Source: Lama guanicoe (Eukaryota). Taken from it: a stretch of 64,000 nt of DNA. Location of the stretch: the NCBI GenBank assembly GCA_013239625.1, contig MU053994.1, positions 747,775 to 811,774 of the forward strand, written 5' to 3'. The notes below the pieces were generated by a model. The model was not told where the DNA came from. It saw nothing but the letters and a program-made list of their open reading frames with translations, and did not search any database. A program made the position numbers and the translations under genes. Positions 37,530 through 50,665 of the stretch are shown in pieces. Position 1 is the first letter of the stretch; the number at the start of each line of letters is the position of its first letter.

Positions 37530-37635
37530 CACTGTGAACTTTGAACCTCTGTGATTTCCTTGTTTGCTTAATGCCCGATAGCCTTTGGTCTGCTAATAAA
37601 TCTCCTTTATGCACAACTTGACCTCTGTGCTTCCA
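37530..37635 (+). promoter_or_regulatory. OTC: OTC distal liver enhancer (HNF4 - C/EBP - C/EBP - HNF4 arrangement)
   Basis: TGAACTTTGAACC 37535-37547 (DR1); TTTGCTTAAT 37563-37572 (C/EBP-like, overlapping FOXA-like TGTTTGC); TTATGCACAA 37607-37616; TGACCTCTGTGCT 37619-37631 (DR1). Same site order as the four-site rat OTC enhancer. Confidence 0.8.
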
Positions 37636-38604
37636 AGGGGAGGAATTGGAATCAGCCTATGGGGGAAGAGATGGCTGTAGGATTCTGGGTGGGAGCTTGA
37701 GCAAATAAAAGTGTGCTCATGAAAGATAACCTTGCCTTCTGCAACTCATCTGACTGACATAAAGGTGGGATCATATTTATTTACCCTTTTCCTACCTCAT
37801 AAATTGTGTCTAAATTTCCCAATCTTGTTTTCGAACACTTAAATTTACCAGATTACAAAATAAAGAGCACCAGGTTTGAAAACTCAAGCTTTTTGTCCCT
37901 GTCTAAGCTCTAAAAAATTCTAGGCTCTGTTTAAAATCAACAACTGCCGGAGTAAATGATTAACAGAAGAATGACTTCAATGGACATGTGGTTTATAAGA
38001 CAACAGAGAAGAGAGATTACACTTGAATTTGATGATCAGCATTTCACACTCTGGTTCAGAATTCTGGTCTTCATGGAGGACCCTGTCTACCCTTTTCATA
38101 TGCCTCAGTTGAAAGGGTATGGTGGGAAAGGGGGTGGAGAGCGGATCAGAGATAATCTTCACTGATTTCCAACTTCCCTGAGGGCCTACATGTTTGAACA
38201 AATACTTAGCAGTGATGTAGCAAGAAAACACCCCTGAATCAATATTTTGACAAAGTCCCATTACCATCTGTTAATTAAAAAGTAATTTTCAGATTATCAG
38301 GAGCTCTGTGGTTGACATATTTACAAGTGGAGAGGAACATAATAGTAGCCAGCTGATGAGTGATTTACTTCACTATCATAATTCTAATTTACTTTCTTTT
38401 GCCAATTCCCGTGCAGATCCAAGCCACATAAGAATACATTCTTATAACAGGACACAGGTTTACAGTTTATGAAGGACTCCAGGGACATTAACACAAAGGA
38501 TTTTTTTTTGATTCTTCACCAATTAGATATGACCTAGGACATAGAGATCTCTTAAGAAAAGGGAAATTGGACATTCTTATGCCTCTCCCCTCCTCCCAAA
38601 AAAA

Positions 38605-39780
38605 CACTCCTCAACCTAAACCCTATACCTTAGACAAAAATTAACTGAAAATGGATCATAGATCTCAATGTAATTTGCAAGGCTCTAAAAATTTCAGAAG
38701 ACGTAGGAAAAAAATCTCTGTGACTTTGGTTTAGGCAAAGAGTTCATAGATACAGCATTGACAGTGTAATCCATAAAAAGAACTTGATCAAAATTTAAAA
38801 CTTTTGCTCTGCAAAAGACCCCATCAGGGGAATGAAAACATAAGTTACAGTCTGGGAGAAAATATTTGCAAATCATATGTTCAATAAAAGTCTTGTCTCC
38901 AGAATATATAAAGAATGCTCAAAACTAAAAAATAAGAAAACAAACAATTAAACAACAAACAGATACTTCACCAAAGAAGATGTATGAATGGCACATGGAA
39001 AGATACTCAGCATTATTAGCCTTTAGGGAAATGCAAATTAAAACCACAGAAATCACTACATACCTATCTGGGTGGCAACCACGAAAAATACTGACAAAAC
39101 CAAGTGCTGACAAGGACATGGAGCAATCGGAGCTCTCATACATCACTGGGGGAACTGCAAAATGGTACAGCCACTCTGGAAAATACTTCGGCAGTTTCTT
39201 TAAAAGTTAAACATACACTTACCGTATAATCCAGCCATTCTACTCCTAAATATTTACCCTAGAGAAATAAAAATGTATGTTCCCACAAAAACCTATACAT
39301 AAATGTTTGTAGCAGCTCTGTGTATAAGTTCCAAGACCAGGAAACAACCCAAATGTCCTTTCATGGGGACTGGATAAACAAACGATGATCTATCCATACA
39401 GTGGAAGACTAGTCAGCAAAAAAGAGGAACAAAATAATGAGAAACACAGCAATGCAGATGAATCTCAGAGGCATTATGCTGAATGAAAGAAATCAGTCTC
39501 AAAAGATCACATACTGTATGAGTCCATCTATGTTACATGCTGGAAATGGCAAAGGTATAAAGAGAGAGAAAGATCAATATGCCAGGAATTAGTGGTGAGA
39601 AGAGGGTGTGACTGCAAAAGGATTTAAGGGAGAGTTTGGGGAAGAGATGGAACTGTTTTGTATTCTGACTGTGGTGGTGGTTACATGAATCTATAGATGT
39701 GTGACAACTCATAGCACTGTGCACCAAAAAAAAAGTTGAGTTTACTGTATGCTAATTTTAAAAATGTAAAAATAACAAAG
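38605..39780 (+). mobile_element. Old L1 (L1MB/MC-type) ORF2 3' part and 3' UTR
   Basis: AAAATGGATCATAGATCT..., GGGAAATGCAAATTAAAACCAC, AAACAACCCAAATGTCC signatures. Confidence 0.85.
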
Positions 39781-42700
39781 CATATCAAATAGATTCATTT
39801 AACCAAAAAAAAAAAGGTGAGAAAAAGAATACTGTTTCCATCTGCTGGTAAGGAAACTGACTTGGCCAAGGTCATTCAACCAGTAAATGATAAGTTCTGA
39901 AGTAGAATCCACACCTTTGAAAGACATCACTTTTTCCCTGTTGTTACAGTAGAAATAAACCTTCAAAAACCTAAGCCTAATTATGTATTAGTTAGCATGC
40001 ATTTGACTGCAAGTAGCAAAACCCCCAATTCAGAGTGACTTAAGCAAAAAGGACGTAACAAGGTGTCCAGTGGTAGGGAGAGTCATGAGGTTGGTTGCTT
40101 TTACAACCCAAGGATGTTATGAATGACTAAGATTCCTTCTTGCTTCACTCTGCCAAATCGCAGTTTCATCCTAAGGCTGCTTCTCCTCATGGTCACAGGA
40201 TGGCTACTGGTCTCAGACAGGAATACATGTGTCTTTATTCACATCCAGTGGAAGATAGATTACCAGAAACAATCCTGCAGAGCCTGTAACTAAAGTGTGT
40301 ACTGCATGCAAATACTGTGGTTTCTCAAGATCTTAAGACTCCAGACAACCAGCTATAAAAAGTATTTATGTAATTAGCAACACTTTGAAATAAACAGAAC
40401 TTCTTACTGCAGTAACAGCCATATGTCTTATTTGCACAGAGCTCAAATTTGCAATAGATCTTTGGCAATAGCTATGTCAAGACTCTTAGACACTATACCT
40501 CATGTTTGGTTAGCAGGTTTAAGTTTCCCAAGCAGTGTAATAGCCCATTTTTATAAAACATTTAGCTGGACAGATGAGGAGTCTGAGGGTCTTAGAGGAG
40601 TCAAGTGACTTGGTCAAATTCATCAACAGCTAGTGACTCAGCCAGAGATCCCATCTGATCTTCAACCATCCTTCCCATAAGTCTTTCTTTTACATAATAT
40701 TGATTCCCTCTTCAGTGTTTAGATTTCACTAGGGAAGCAGAGTAGCAATTTCAAAGAAATATTGAAAGTTCATATGTGATGCTTACAAATTTTAAATGTC
40801 AGGAAACTAACACCCAAAGGTGTCATTTGGCTATTTGGAATTTTAGACTCAAATGTGATAGGATAAACTTGAAATCCTGGAGTCTCATTAGCTTTTCCAC
40901 CTCCTTTCTCTGAATATCCAACCAATTGTTCTGATAGGTGGATTCTAATCCCTAAATCTCTCTTAAATCCACCCCTAGTTTTCTATTTCCACAGCCCCAG
41001 TATGTGCTCAGGCCCTTATTATAACACAATAACCTCTGTCTCTTGGCCTCCATTTTATCCCCACTGTACTTCTTACACAGTGGTGCTGGATTAAGTTTTT
41101 TAAAACACAATGCAGATAATGACATATGTCCCCTTGTCTGCTCCACTTCTAAAACTTTAATAATCTTCCTTTGACTGTAGATTAAATTCTTAGCTCCATA
41201 ATCTGGATTTCAAGGCCCTCAACAATCTGGTTCCATTATTCCTTTCCTAATCTTGAGAGAATTCTCCTTTTTGGTGGGAGTTGTTGGCAATGGTTATTGG
41301 AGCCAGCTCACAATGACTTACAAGAGCCAATCTGAAGGCCTCTCTTTCCAACTCTGTGTTCAGTGATGTCACTTTGGCAGCTTGAAGCTGTCCATGGTAA
41401 GAGAATTTATATCAGACAAGTTGGTCAATGCCACCAATCAGAGCTTTGTTTGTTTTTTGAAGAGCTGATTATTAAATATTTACCAGCATACCACCAGTTG
41501 TAGGGTAACCGTGACAAATCTGAGAGTGAATGTTTCCTATGGTAGAGGGTACAAAGATGTTGACACTTGAAAGCCCAGGTACCAAATCAGAGATAGGAGG
41601 GCCTGGGAGAAAAATAAGGAGCAGAGCATTGAAAAATTGTTGAGAGGGTAGACCTGGGCAAAGATTGGGTTCCCACAGAGACAGACATTGAGAATGGGAT
41701 TTGGGTTCAAGTGGTTCATTTGGGAGATGATCCCAGGAAGTACATGTAGGGGAGGGAGGGAAGTGAGACAGTGAAGGAAGGCAGCTAATAAAGGGCACAC
41801 TGATCAGCAGGTTATTACTGTGGGCAATGGAGGCTTAGTCCCACTGAGGACCTTCGGACAAGTGTGTAAGACACTGTGTGTGAGGTTGCCCACACCGGGA
41901 TGACGAGTCTGAGGTGTTTACCCTCAGCCAGTGAGCTGTGGGCATGTGCATTAAGAAGCAGCAGGTATGCAGAGGAAGACCAAGGAGGTACAGGCAGGAC
42001 ATGGACACTAAAGGTTTTGTGTTTTTCACAGTAGGCTTGGTGGTGCAGTGCTTCATTTAAATTGTCAATGATGGAGTGGATTCACCCTCCAGTTGTTGGT
42101 ACCCCACACACCCTATTTGTTTCTTCCTCTAGGTCTACTCACAGCTTCCATCCTTTGCTCTAATATCCTTTGTAGCCTCCTCTAGTTTTGACAATTCCCC
42201 AATTCTTCCCAATTCATCATGGATCAGTGCCATGTCCTCCAGGAACCCCATCTAATCCCCAACCCCAGGGAAGCTGGATGAGGGATAAGTCAAGTTGGAG
42301 GTTCCACAGGGCCTGAGGCAAGGGAGCAGGAAACAAGCCTTACTCTCTTGGTTAGGGTCATGGGGTCAGGGGACCGACACAGAAGTTGTGACCTGAAGTC
42401 ATTCCAAATGGTGAACTCCATGTGGGAAGAGACTCATCATTCCTGGTTATCACTATATCCCTCAGAGCCTACCCAGCACAGAGACCCGACCTACAATTGT
42501 TGGTAGCAGAGAGAAATGAGTGAATAGAGGGCTGGGTGAACATAGGGAACTAGGTCTGGAGCTAAACCGGGCAGTCGAAGAGATATGAGAGGAGTCACAC
42601 AGTGGGTCAAGAAGAGCACCTGAATGTATTCTGAGGATGAATGTCAAACCCTGTATGGTGTTTTTCCACCTATGACCCAGATGTCCGTTGAGATGTTTGT

Positions 42701-43885
42701 CTTTTGAGATTCAGTGAACTTGCCTTTCAGCTTATCCCACTTATGGTACACTCCTCTCTTCCCATCTCTGTGGGGGTTCTGGGGGCATTTAAGTTTTTCT
42801 TAGTCCTTTCTGGGGGACTGACTCCTACTTCCATAGAACTAAGGGTTTCTGTGTTGCTTTGGCATCTCAAAAGTGCTGCCCGCATTCCCTACCACAGCAC
42901 TGCAGACACTTCTTGATTTCTCTCCAAGCATTGTTCATATGAACTGTTTGTGTAGGTAGCACACTTGACTGAAGATATGGGCTTTGTGTTAGCATGCAGT
43001 TTAACCTCTTCTCTTTTAATCTCCCTGCAAACATCCACTTTCCTTTCCTGTATTAGGTAGAGCAAATTTGCTCTCTAAAACCTATCCAACAATGGGCCCG
43101 TTTTGTCTCTTCAATGATACTTTAAGGTGGTCCTTTCAAACAAAGCAGCCAACTATTCTCCCACGCGGAGCATTTGCTATATGCCTTCTCACCTCCATGC
43201 CTCTGCAAACACTTGCTTCTGCCTGGAATAATCTTTCCAGAACAGAAGATGTGGCAGAGGTTTGGGAATTTGTCTTTCCCTCTCTTTATCCCACATCAGT
43301 CTCTGTAAGTAGGAAAGAACAGTGCCAAGATTTACTTCCCTGCTAATATGAATTATGACATCACGACCATCCCTGCCCCTGAAGTGGCCATAATTGGTTT
43401 TGAAATGACACTTGTTTTTTTGCATTCCACAAATGTCTAGCAAGTGCTTCCCTTGCCCTCCTCCCTTGCCTCCCACCCTTCCCAGCTTAGAGTATGCCCT
43501 CTTCCCCGCAATGGGCACTTTATCTGGACCTCCCCTATGGGCTTGTATTATGGATATTTCTTTACAAATCTGTGACCTTTACTGAGCTGTAAACTCTGCA
43601 AAGGTGAGATCATCTTCCTTTTCTGAAATTCCAGCTTAGCCCAGTATCTGACACAGAATAGATTTGGAAAATATCCCATTTATAACTTTGGATGAATGAA
43701 TGAGTGTGAAGCTTGAGATGGCCCCTGAGTGATCCGAAGAGGCTGCCAGGGGAGGAACATTTGGTAACCCCCTCCTCACTTCTGCAGATTATGGGTTTCT
43801 GCTCTAATTAATAGGCAACTCCTTATTTATTGAAGACCTACTATGTGCAAGGCACAATGGAAGCTCCAGGACTGAGATTTTTTTT

Positions 43886-43990
43886 TTAACTGCATCTCTC
43901 TCTCCACTCCAGCTTCTTTCTACCAAATATATATATATATATATATATATTAACTGCATCTCTATCCCCACTCCAGCTTCTTTCTACCAA

Positions 43991-44025
<35 letters not shown>
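43886..44025. repeat. Tandem duplication of a ~40-bp unit plus (TA)n
   Basis: TTAACTGCATCTCT..CCACTCCAGCTTCTTTCTACCAAA(TA)n twice, starting at 43886 and 43950. Confidence 0.95.
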
Positions 44026-44029
44026 GCTT

Positions 44030-44551
44030 CCAGGATACATCTTCCTATTTGTTTTTGTGGAAAGTCTGGGCCTTAGAGGTAGGAAAGTGATACCCCTGGA
44101 AATACTCAGTGTCACGTCTACACCTGGGGTTTTGCACTGCCAATTCACATTTTCTGAGTGAGTTATTTCTATGTACCTTCATAGCAGCCAGCACTGCAGT
44201 GTCTTGCATATATTATCCGCTCAATGAGTACTTGTCAATTGATTTTGTACAAGTATGTGACAGCATAAATATATTATGAAAAATGAGGCGTCTGGGCACC
44301 AAAAGAGTCAGGATTCCTTCTCAAAAAAAAAAAAATACACAGCGGTGGAGCTTGGCTTAAAGTTCAAACGCTCCTGTACCCTGCCCTGCAGTATCTCTAA
44401 CCAGGAATTTGATAAGGTAGTTGAAGTGTGATGTTACCTTTGCTCTCTCACTGCAATTGGAAGCATTCTTAGCTTTCACGTGGACCCCACTGGCGACCTT
44501 GGTGAGGCGTTTGCAGGAGAACAGAATCATCCTTTACACTGTCAAAAGAAG
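44030..44551 (+). promoter_or_regulatory. OTC: OTC proximal promoter and 5' UTR
   Basis: DR1/HNF4-type sites GGCTTAAAGTTCA (44354-44366) and TTACCTTTGCTCT (44434-44446); GATA site TGATAAG (44410-44416); resembles the recalled human OTC promoter. Confidence 0.85.
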
Positions 44552-44628
44552 ATGCTGTTTAATTTCAGGATTCTGTTGAACAATGCAGCTCTTAGAAATG
44601 GTCCCAGATTCGTGGTTCGAAATTTTCG
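44552..44628 (+). CDS. OTC: OTC exon 1 coding part (77 nt), mitochondrial leader MLFNFRILLNNAALRNGPRFVVRNFR
   Basis: AAGAAGATG start context, recognisable OTC presequence, GTAAGT donor at 44629. Confidence 0.97.
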
Positions 44629-46951
44629 GTAAGTGATGGTCGGAGAGTTGAGTCTGACTTCGGAACCATGGTGATAAATGAAATTCTATTCTGCAGAGGA
44701 GTGCAGCCTCCCACAGCCTCTTTCTGCAGGGTGTAGTGCCAGGCTCGACCCTTATTGGAGACAGCTGTCTCTAATTCCAGCTGAGCTTTCATTGCTCAGT
44801 CCCCTGTAATCAGATTTCACTGGGCGCCGGAGGGTAGGGGGTGGGGGTAATTGTGGCAGGTATAACAGACTAAATGTTCTTGACATCTTCCATTTGTGTA
44901 CATTCTAAAGGAGCAACTGGCTGCAGGAAATTAGAGGAACTAATTTGCACAGGGCCTTCAGCTTGTATTTGGGTTTGTTTGAAAACAATATATCATTCTA
45001 GGGCATGGGGACTGACTTGCTCTTTGGAAAAACTGATCCCAAAGAATGGCTAGATAAATATTTACAAAGCTGCTGCAAAGAAGCCTTGTATGTGATGAGG
45101 ATAATGATATTTTGGGAATAAAATCCAAATCTGAAATCTATTTCTGAAATTGTTCATAGCATGTAAAAGGAGTCCATCTCTGACGAATTCATTATAAAAA
45201 CTATATCCTGCTCAGAGTCATTGGGCATGCGTATGGTGGAAGATGGCGTGGAGTGTGTCTGTGGGGACAGGGACAGGGGTGATGAATTAAGCAAGGCCAT
45301 CAAATTCGGACACTGTTGCTAGAGAGCTCCTAGAGTAGTTGCATGTTAACAATTTGAATTTTCCCAATGCCTCTTTACAACCTAAACCAACCTCAAAACG
45401 ACCTCAATGACCTTCTAAAATTGGAAGCTTCTAGACTGAAGTTTTCTCCCACTGTTAGGAAGTGGCGCTGGGCCTCCCTTCTCTGGGCCACCTGACAGCT
45501 CTGGACTCTCTGGACTCCATCATGACAGTCACTCAGAAGCCAGACCAACACTGTGAATAATACTGTAAATTAAGCCCATAGAGTCAGATGTAGTTGGGGC
45601 CTCAGAGCCACAGAAGAATGCCTTCTCTTATTTTACAGATAAGGTAAATGAGGCCCAGAGGGATTATGGGGTTTACTAATTAATGCCAGAGTTAGACCAC
45701 AGAAGCCCAGAATCTGAAGGAAAGCTCAGGTTTTAGAGACTAAATAACTGGGTTCAACTCGCTGGCTATACAACCTTGAGCAAGCCACTAACCTTTCCTG
45801 CGGTGTCGCTTCACCTATAACATGGGAGAAAGTGTAATCACTGCTCAGCCTACATCACGGGATGGTTCAATCATTTATTTAATAAATACTTATTGAGCAC
45901 CTACTTCGTGCCATGCCCTAAGCAAGGTGTTGGAGATACAGAGGTAAATAAGGTAAATCAGCTATTTCATTCCAGACACATGAAGTCACAGTCTAGCAAT
46001 AATCAGCGAGATAATGTGTGTGAAAAGTATAACGCAACAGATGAATGTTCATTATTTTCTCATTCCATCCCACTGAGTTATACCAGATAAAGGCGTGATG
46101 AAATTTTATTCCATAGTTTTTAACAAAGAATCGTCACTGAGCTGGAAATTATCAACTGAATGAATAACCAAAGCTTGGAACTTAAACTTATACTCGTCTT
46201 TGAAAATCACAGTGATGACTGATTTCATTTTTTACCATTAGTATAGGTTAAATTTTTGCAAGTAAAATTGCATCCAAATATTTAGGCATTTTTGGTATTT
46301 ACTAATATTCTATTTTCTATATCTAGTAGCCAGACTACAATTCTGAAAATCCTGGCTAGCCATCTCCCATAGTGATTGGGGGCTAAGGCAAAAGCATGGC
46401 TAAATCAGCCCAAATCCATACCTGCAATTTGAAAATATGAAAGCCTTGAAGCACTCATGTTATTAGAAACTTAAGAATATGAGTCTCCATTGAAAAATGA
46501 CATTTCGTTGAAACGATGTCACTTTCATGTAGCGTGAGTATTTTTCTTTCCTACTCTTTTAGTTAGCCACACTTACCTGCCAGCTAGATGAATTCAGAAT
46601 TGCTGATCTCCAATAAGACCTACAGCCTTTGACGACCCCTCAACAACAGAGAACATCTCCCCGTCACCTCTGCCTGTATGGTACTTTTACTTTGATTTTC
46701 AGCCTTCTCCAGAGATTTGGGGTCCTTTTTTTCCTCGTCCCACTTGGGAAAGGTGGAGGGCCCTTGTTACAAAATGTCCCACATGAGTTTAGCACTAGAG
46801 AGTAGTAGGAACTCTGTGGTTAGGGTTTGGCAATGCTACCAAACAGGGACTGCACAGTTTTGAAGTGAGCAGCCATAGCGCCATAGATATGATAAAAATC
46901 ACTGCTCAAGGGAGGCTGAAGCCATCTGCACAGGATCAATCATTTTTAGTC

Positions 46952-46962
46952 AATTATTATTA

Positions 46963-46996
<34 letters not shown>

Positions 46997-47020
46997 CATC
47001 ATCATCATCATCATCATTAT
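46952..47020. repeat. Compound (TAT)n(CAT)n microsatellite
   Basis: Direct reading. Confidence 0.95.
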
Positions 47021-50000
47021 TTTTACAAAATCAACAGGATCAGACACCAAGACTGCTAAAAACACCCATTCCATAGGCTTTTCATCTCACAAACAAGGCC
47101 CTAGAGCCTGGCTGCGTGTTTGGATAATAGGCAGTGTCCTATGATTTGTTGCCTATTAAGGAAACCACTTATAGCTTTTAAAGAAACCACTAAAAAAATC
47201 TCTTTCTTTATCAGAGAAGACCAATTTGTAAGTGCGGTTCAATTTCATCTCACAAATAGAAATTCCTTCAGAGAATATTGAGCTAAGCCACCCAATTCTG
47301 TGGAGGTTATGGATTGGAGCCGGAGGTGACTAGTTTTCAGGTATTTCATTCCAGACCTCTCTAAGGGCTTACAGATCTCATTATGTCCCCTTCATCCCAC
47401 ACATGCCCATCTATACACACGTGGACACACAGACGGAGTGATTACAGGCCATCTGTGCTCTTGTGCAGAGGAGAGAAAACAGTTCTCTTTGATTATTCAC
47501 ATTTTCCATCATAACTGAAAATGAATGCCTTTTATAAAACCTATTTCTTGACTTCAGAGAACTATACAAGGCATGAGACCAGGAATGGAATGGGGTCGTG
47601 CATGATATTTCTCTTGGCCAACAGTAGACTTGGGGTTTTATTTCTAGTTTGTTATTTTCAGTAATTTAGTAATTTCAAAATTTACTAATTTTGATAAAAG
47701 AAACAGAGGCAGCCACAGATTTTCGACAGTTTCGGGTTTCCAACCCTTTGACTGTAGGTCTGCACAAAGCTAATTCTCATCCCACGCTTCAATTTTCAGC
47801 TGAGGGGAAAGTTCCATGATTTTTGAATATTGACCATCTAAGGTATCTTAGAAACCAGTTATCAATAGTAATTTAGATCACATAGGAACATGTGGCAACA
47901 GTGAGGAAGGTTGCAAGTATATTTTTATTAATAAATTATTATTATTATTATTAATAATGAAGAAAATTTAGAAATGATTTGGGCATTTTTCCCAAATCAA
48001 TAGGATCAGATTCAAGGGTTTTGTGCAAATAGAGTGGCTCTTCCTTGCATGCATTGCAATATGGCTTTCCAAGGTGGAAAGAAAGGGATGAAATTAAAGT
48101 TAGGTCACTGAGAATTCAGATGGCTTCTGTGTGGCCTGTGGGAAATCTTGTGTTTATAAACTGCCTGAGTGTTATGGAAGACAAAGACATGAAGAATTAC
48201 TGATTTTTAGTTCATTTTCTTACTTTTTCAGATGACTAAGGCCAAAGATGGAAAATGATCTTCCCAAGGTCATAGGGTAAACTAGGACTTGAATTTGAAT
48301 ATTTAAACCCACTGCACTTTTCATTCCACTGCTTTGACTATTTTGATCCTTCCAAATTGATCAAGTTGGCCAATCTACCCCTGCACAATATCCTTTTTTT
48401 AAAGATATAACCAAAATATCTCAGTAAAGAAGAAAAAAACATCAAGAAAGTATGCCTTTTGTATCAGTTTGCAATGTTAAAGAAACCAAAATCTCAGCCA
48501 TTAGGCGTATTAGCCCTCTCTTATGCCTCCAGAAGTTAAAGTCTTTATCTCAAATTCTCCATGGGGATCAAAATATCATTTAACACTGAATTTTTTCCTA
48601 TTCTGGAAAAGTCAGTTTATGATGAGCCACATTTTACTCAAATTAAGCACTTTGTCTTCCAACAGAATACAATTATAGAAGGGAACATATCCAGGTCCCC
48701 CCACCTCCTTACTCCAAACAATTTACTACAGTTGGAAAATGCAGATTCCATTAATGAAAGGTTTCATTCTGCCATAGAGAATACTCTTCCATTTTCTAGC
48801 TAGAAAGATATTTGGGTAAAGCTAACAGAAGGATCTACTATTACCTTGGCCTGACTTCTTAGCATTCAGTGATTTGGGGTTGAGAAATCCCGGAAATTTG
48901 GGGTTTCCAGGGATAAAATTAATGTAATGAACAAGTCTTGCCTTTTTCAAAAGCTCTAGCTTCAACTAGACTGCAATGACAGTTTTGACGGAAAATCTGT
49001 TCATGGTTCCCATTGTTTTCTTCAATATTGTATCCTTCCTGTTATGTGTTGGCTGAAGAATGATAATGTGGTTTAGATCTGGTTTACCAAGGAGACACAC
49101 TTGAGTACAAGGAGACCAAGCATTTTATGGGAACACTAAAACAGTGATTCTGGCCTTGGTTCAGGTGCTCATGAACTAGAATAAGCAGCTTCCAACTGAA
49201 GCATGGGGTCTCTTTGAGAACTGAAGAGTCACTGACGCCAGCAGTTTGACCTGGTTAACTTGAGCGTGGGTTTATCCCCCAAAAGCAGGAAATGCTTGAT
49301 ATAGACCACAAAAAATGGGGGGACCTGTGGTGGAGGCATTTCAGCCAACATGATACAACTGTGGAGCTTGTCTACTTTCCTCTAATTTTTAAGTAGCTTA
49401 GGGAACAAGGAGTGGCAGCTCCATTTTGGAGCCAAGGGGAGGTCTGTGAGGACATAGTAAACAGGATAGGAATTTAAACTGGAACCATTGTGTTTGCTTT
49501 CCTTCCAGTGATAAATTTTCCTGGTTAGCTCTTGATATCTATGAAAAACAGCTCTTTTCCCAAAGCCAACATTTCCTGCCCCACCTCCTGGACAGAATTG
49601 AGAACGGTGGTGACTACTCTAATGATTTTTCAGTGGTGTAAACAGCATGACCCTCTTCACCAGTTGAGGTACAATTAAAAAAACTGTTTCCAGTTAACCA
49701 CTCGAGCACTCACAGGCTGGTACAACAGAGGTACAGACCTACCTCTCCACCCTTTTTGTCCCCAAGAACCCTGGGGACTTATTCTGTCCAAAAGGGGTTC
49801 ATGGAGAGAGCTAACCAAAATTTTGGTATAGTTCATTATTAATGTACTTTGGATTTGGCCCTCATGGTGCTATGGGCACAAACTTATCTCACCAGGTCCT
49901 CTTCCCAGTTTTCCAGGTTTTTGTACTTGACTCAGACTGCTTTCCTTAGGATCCAAGGTTATATTGCTTTTGTTTCACATCCATATATCCAACCATTGTT

Positions 50001-50284
50001 CCCAGTAGTGCAAATACTGTACTGGAGTGGTTGAGCCCTAGGGGATGTAAGCTTTAGCAATGTACTAGGCCACAGTCAGTTCTCCTCTATGACTCTTAGG
50101 CCTTGCGTTCAGCCTGGGCCATGGCCCATACTTGCTCTTGCCTCAACATTAATTCTGTTTGAGGGGCTCTTGGTATCTTTTTTTGTCATCAGACTTGAGT
50201 CAGGACATTGAAAATCCATCATGGAAAATCTCTCCAAATTTATTCCCAGAAATTGGCTGAATTTCTTATACAAATTGATTTATT

Positions 50285-50660
50285 TCTGCCTCATTCATTT
50301 ACCCATTTACTTAAGAAATATTTTTTGAATGCCTACTATATCCCAATAAACACTGGGATATATTAATGAATGAAAACAGGTAGGATCCCTGACAACCTGG
50401 ATCATATAATCTAATGGGGAGATGAAAAGTAAGCAATAAACAGACACATAAATACATATTAAAAATTGTGACAAGTGTTATGAGCAAAATGAAAGCAAAG
50501 TGGAGACCACTTAGTACAGTCAAGGAAGGAATCTCACAGGAGGTGATATTTAAGCCCCCAGCCTAAGGATGAGAAAGAGCCAGCCTTGAGAGCTGAGGGG
50601 AGAGTGTTCTGGACAGAGGGAGTGATATCTGAAAAGAGTGCTAAGAGGGGAAAGCATCTC
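50285..50660. mobile_element. L2 LINE fragment
   Basis: CATTCATTTACCCATTT..TTGAATGCCTACTAT..AGGAAGG..GAGGTGATATTTAAGC L2 signature. Confidence 0.7.
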
Positions 50661-50665
50661 AAGTA

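Noticed and set aside
46494..46526. Short inverted repeat AAAATGACAT...ATGTCACTTT
   Set aside because: Too short for a pre-miRNA or structured ncRNA call; no supporting context.
46865..47059. Poly-Tyr/poly-His ORF
   Set aside because: Translation of a (TAT)n(CAT)n microsatellite.
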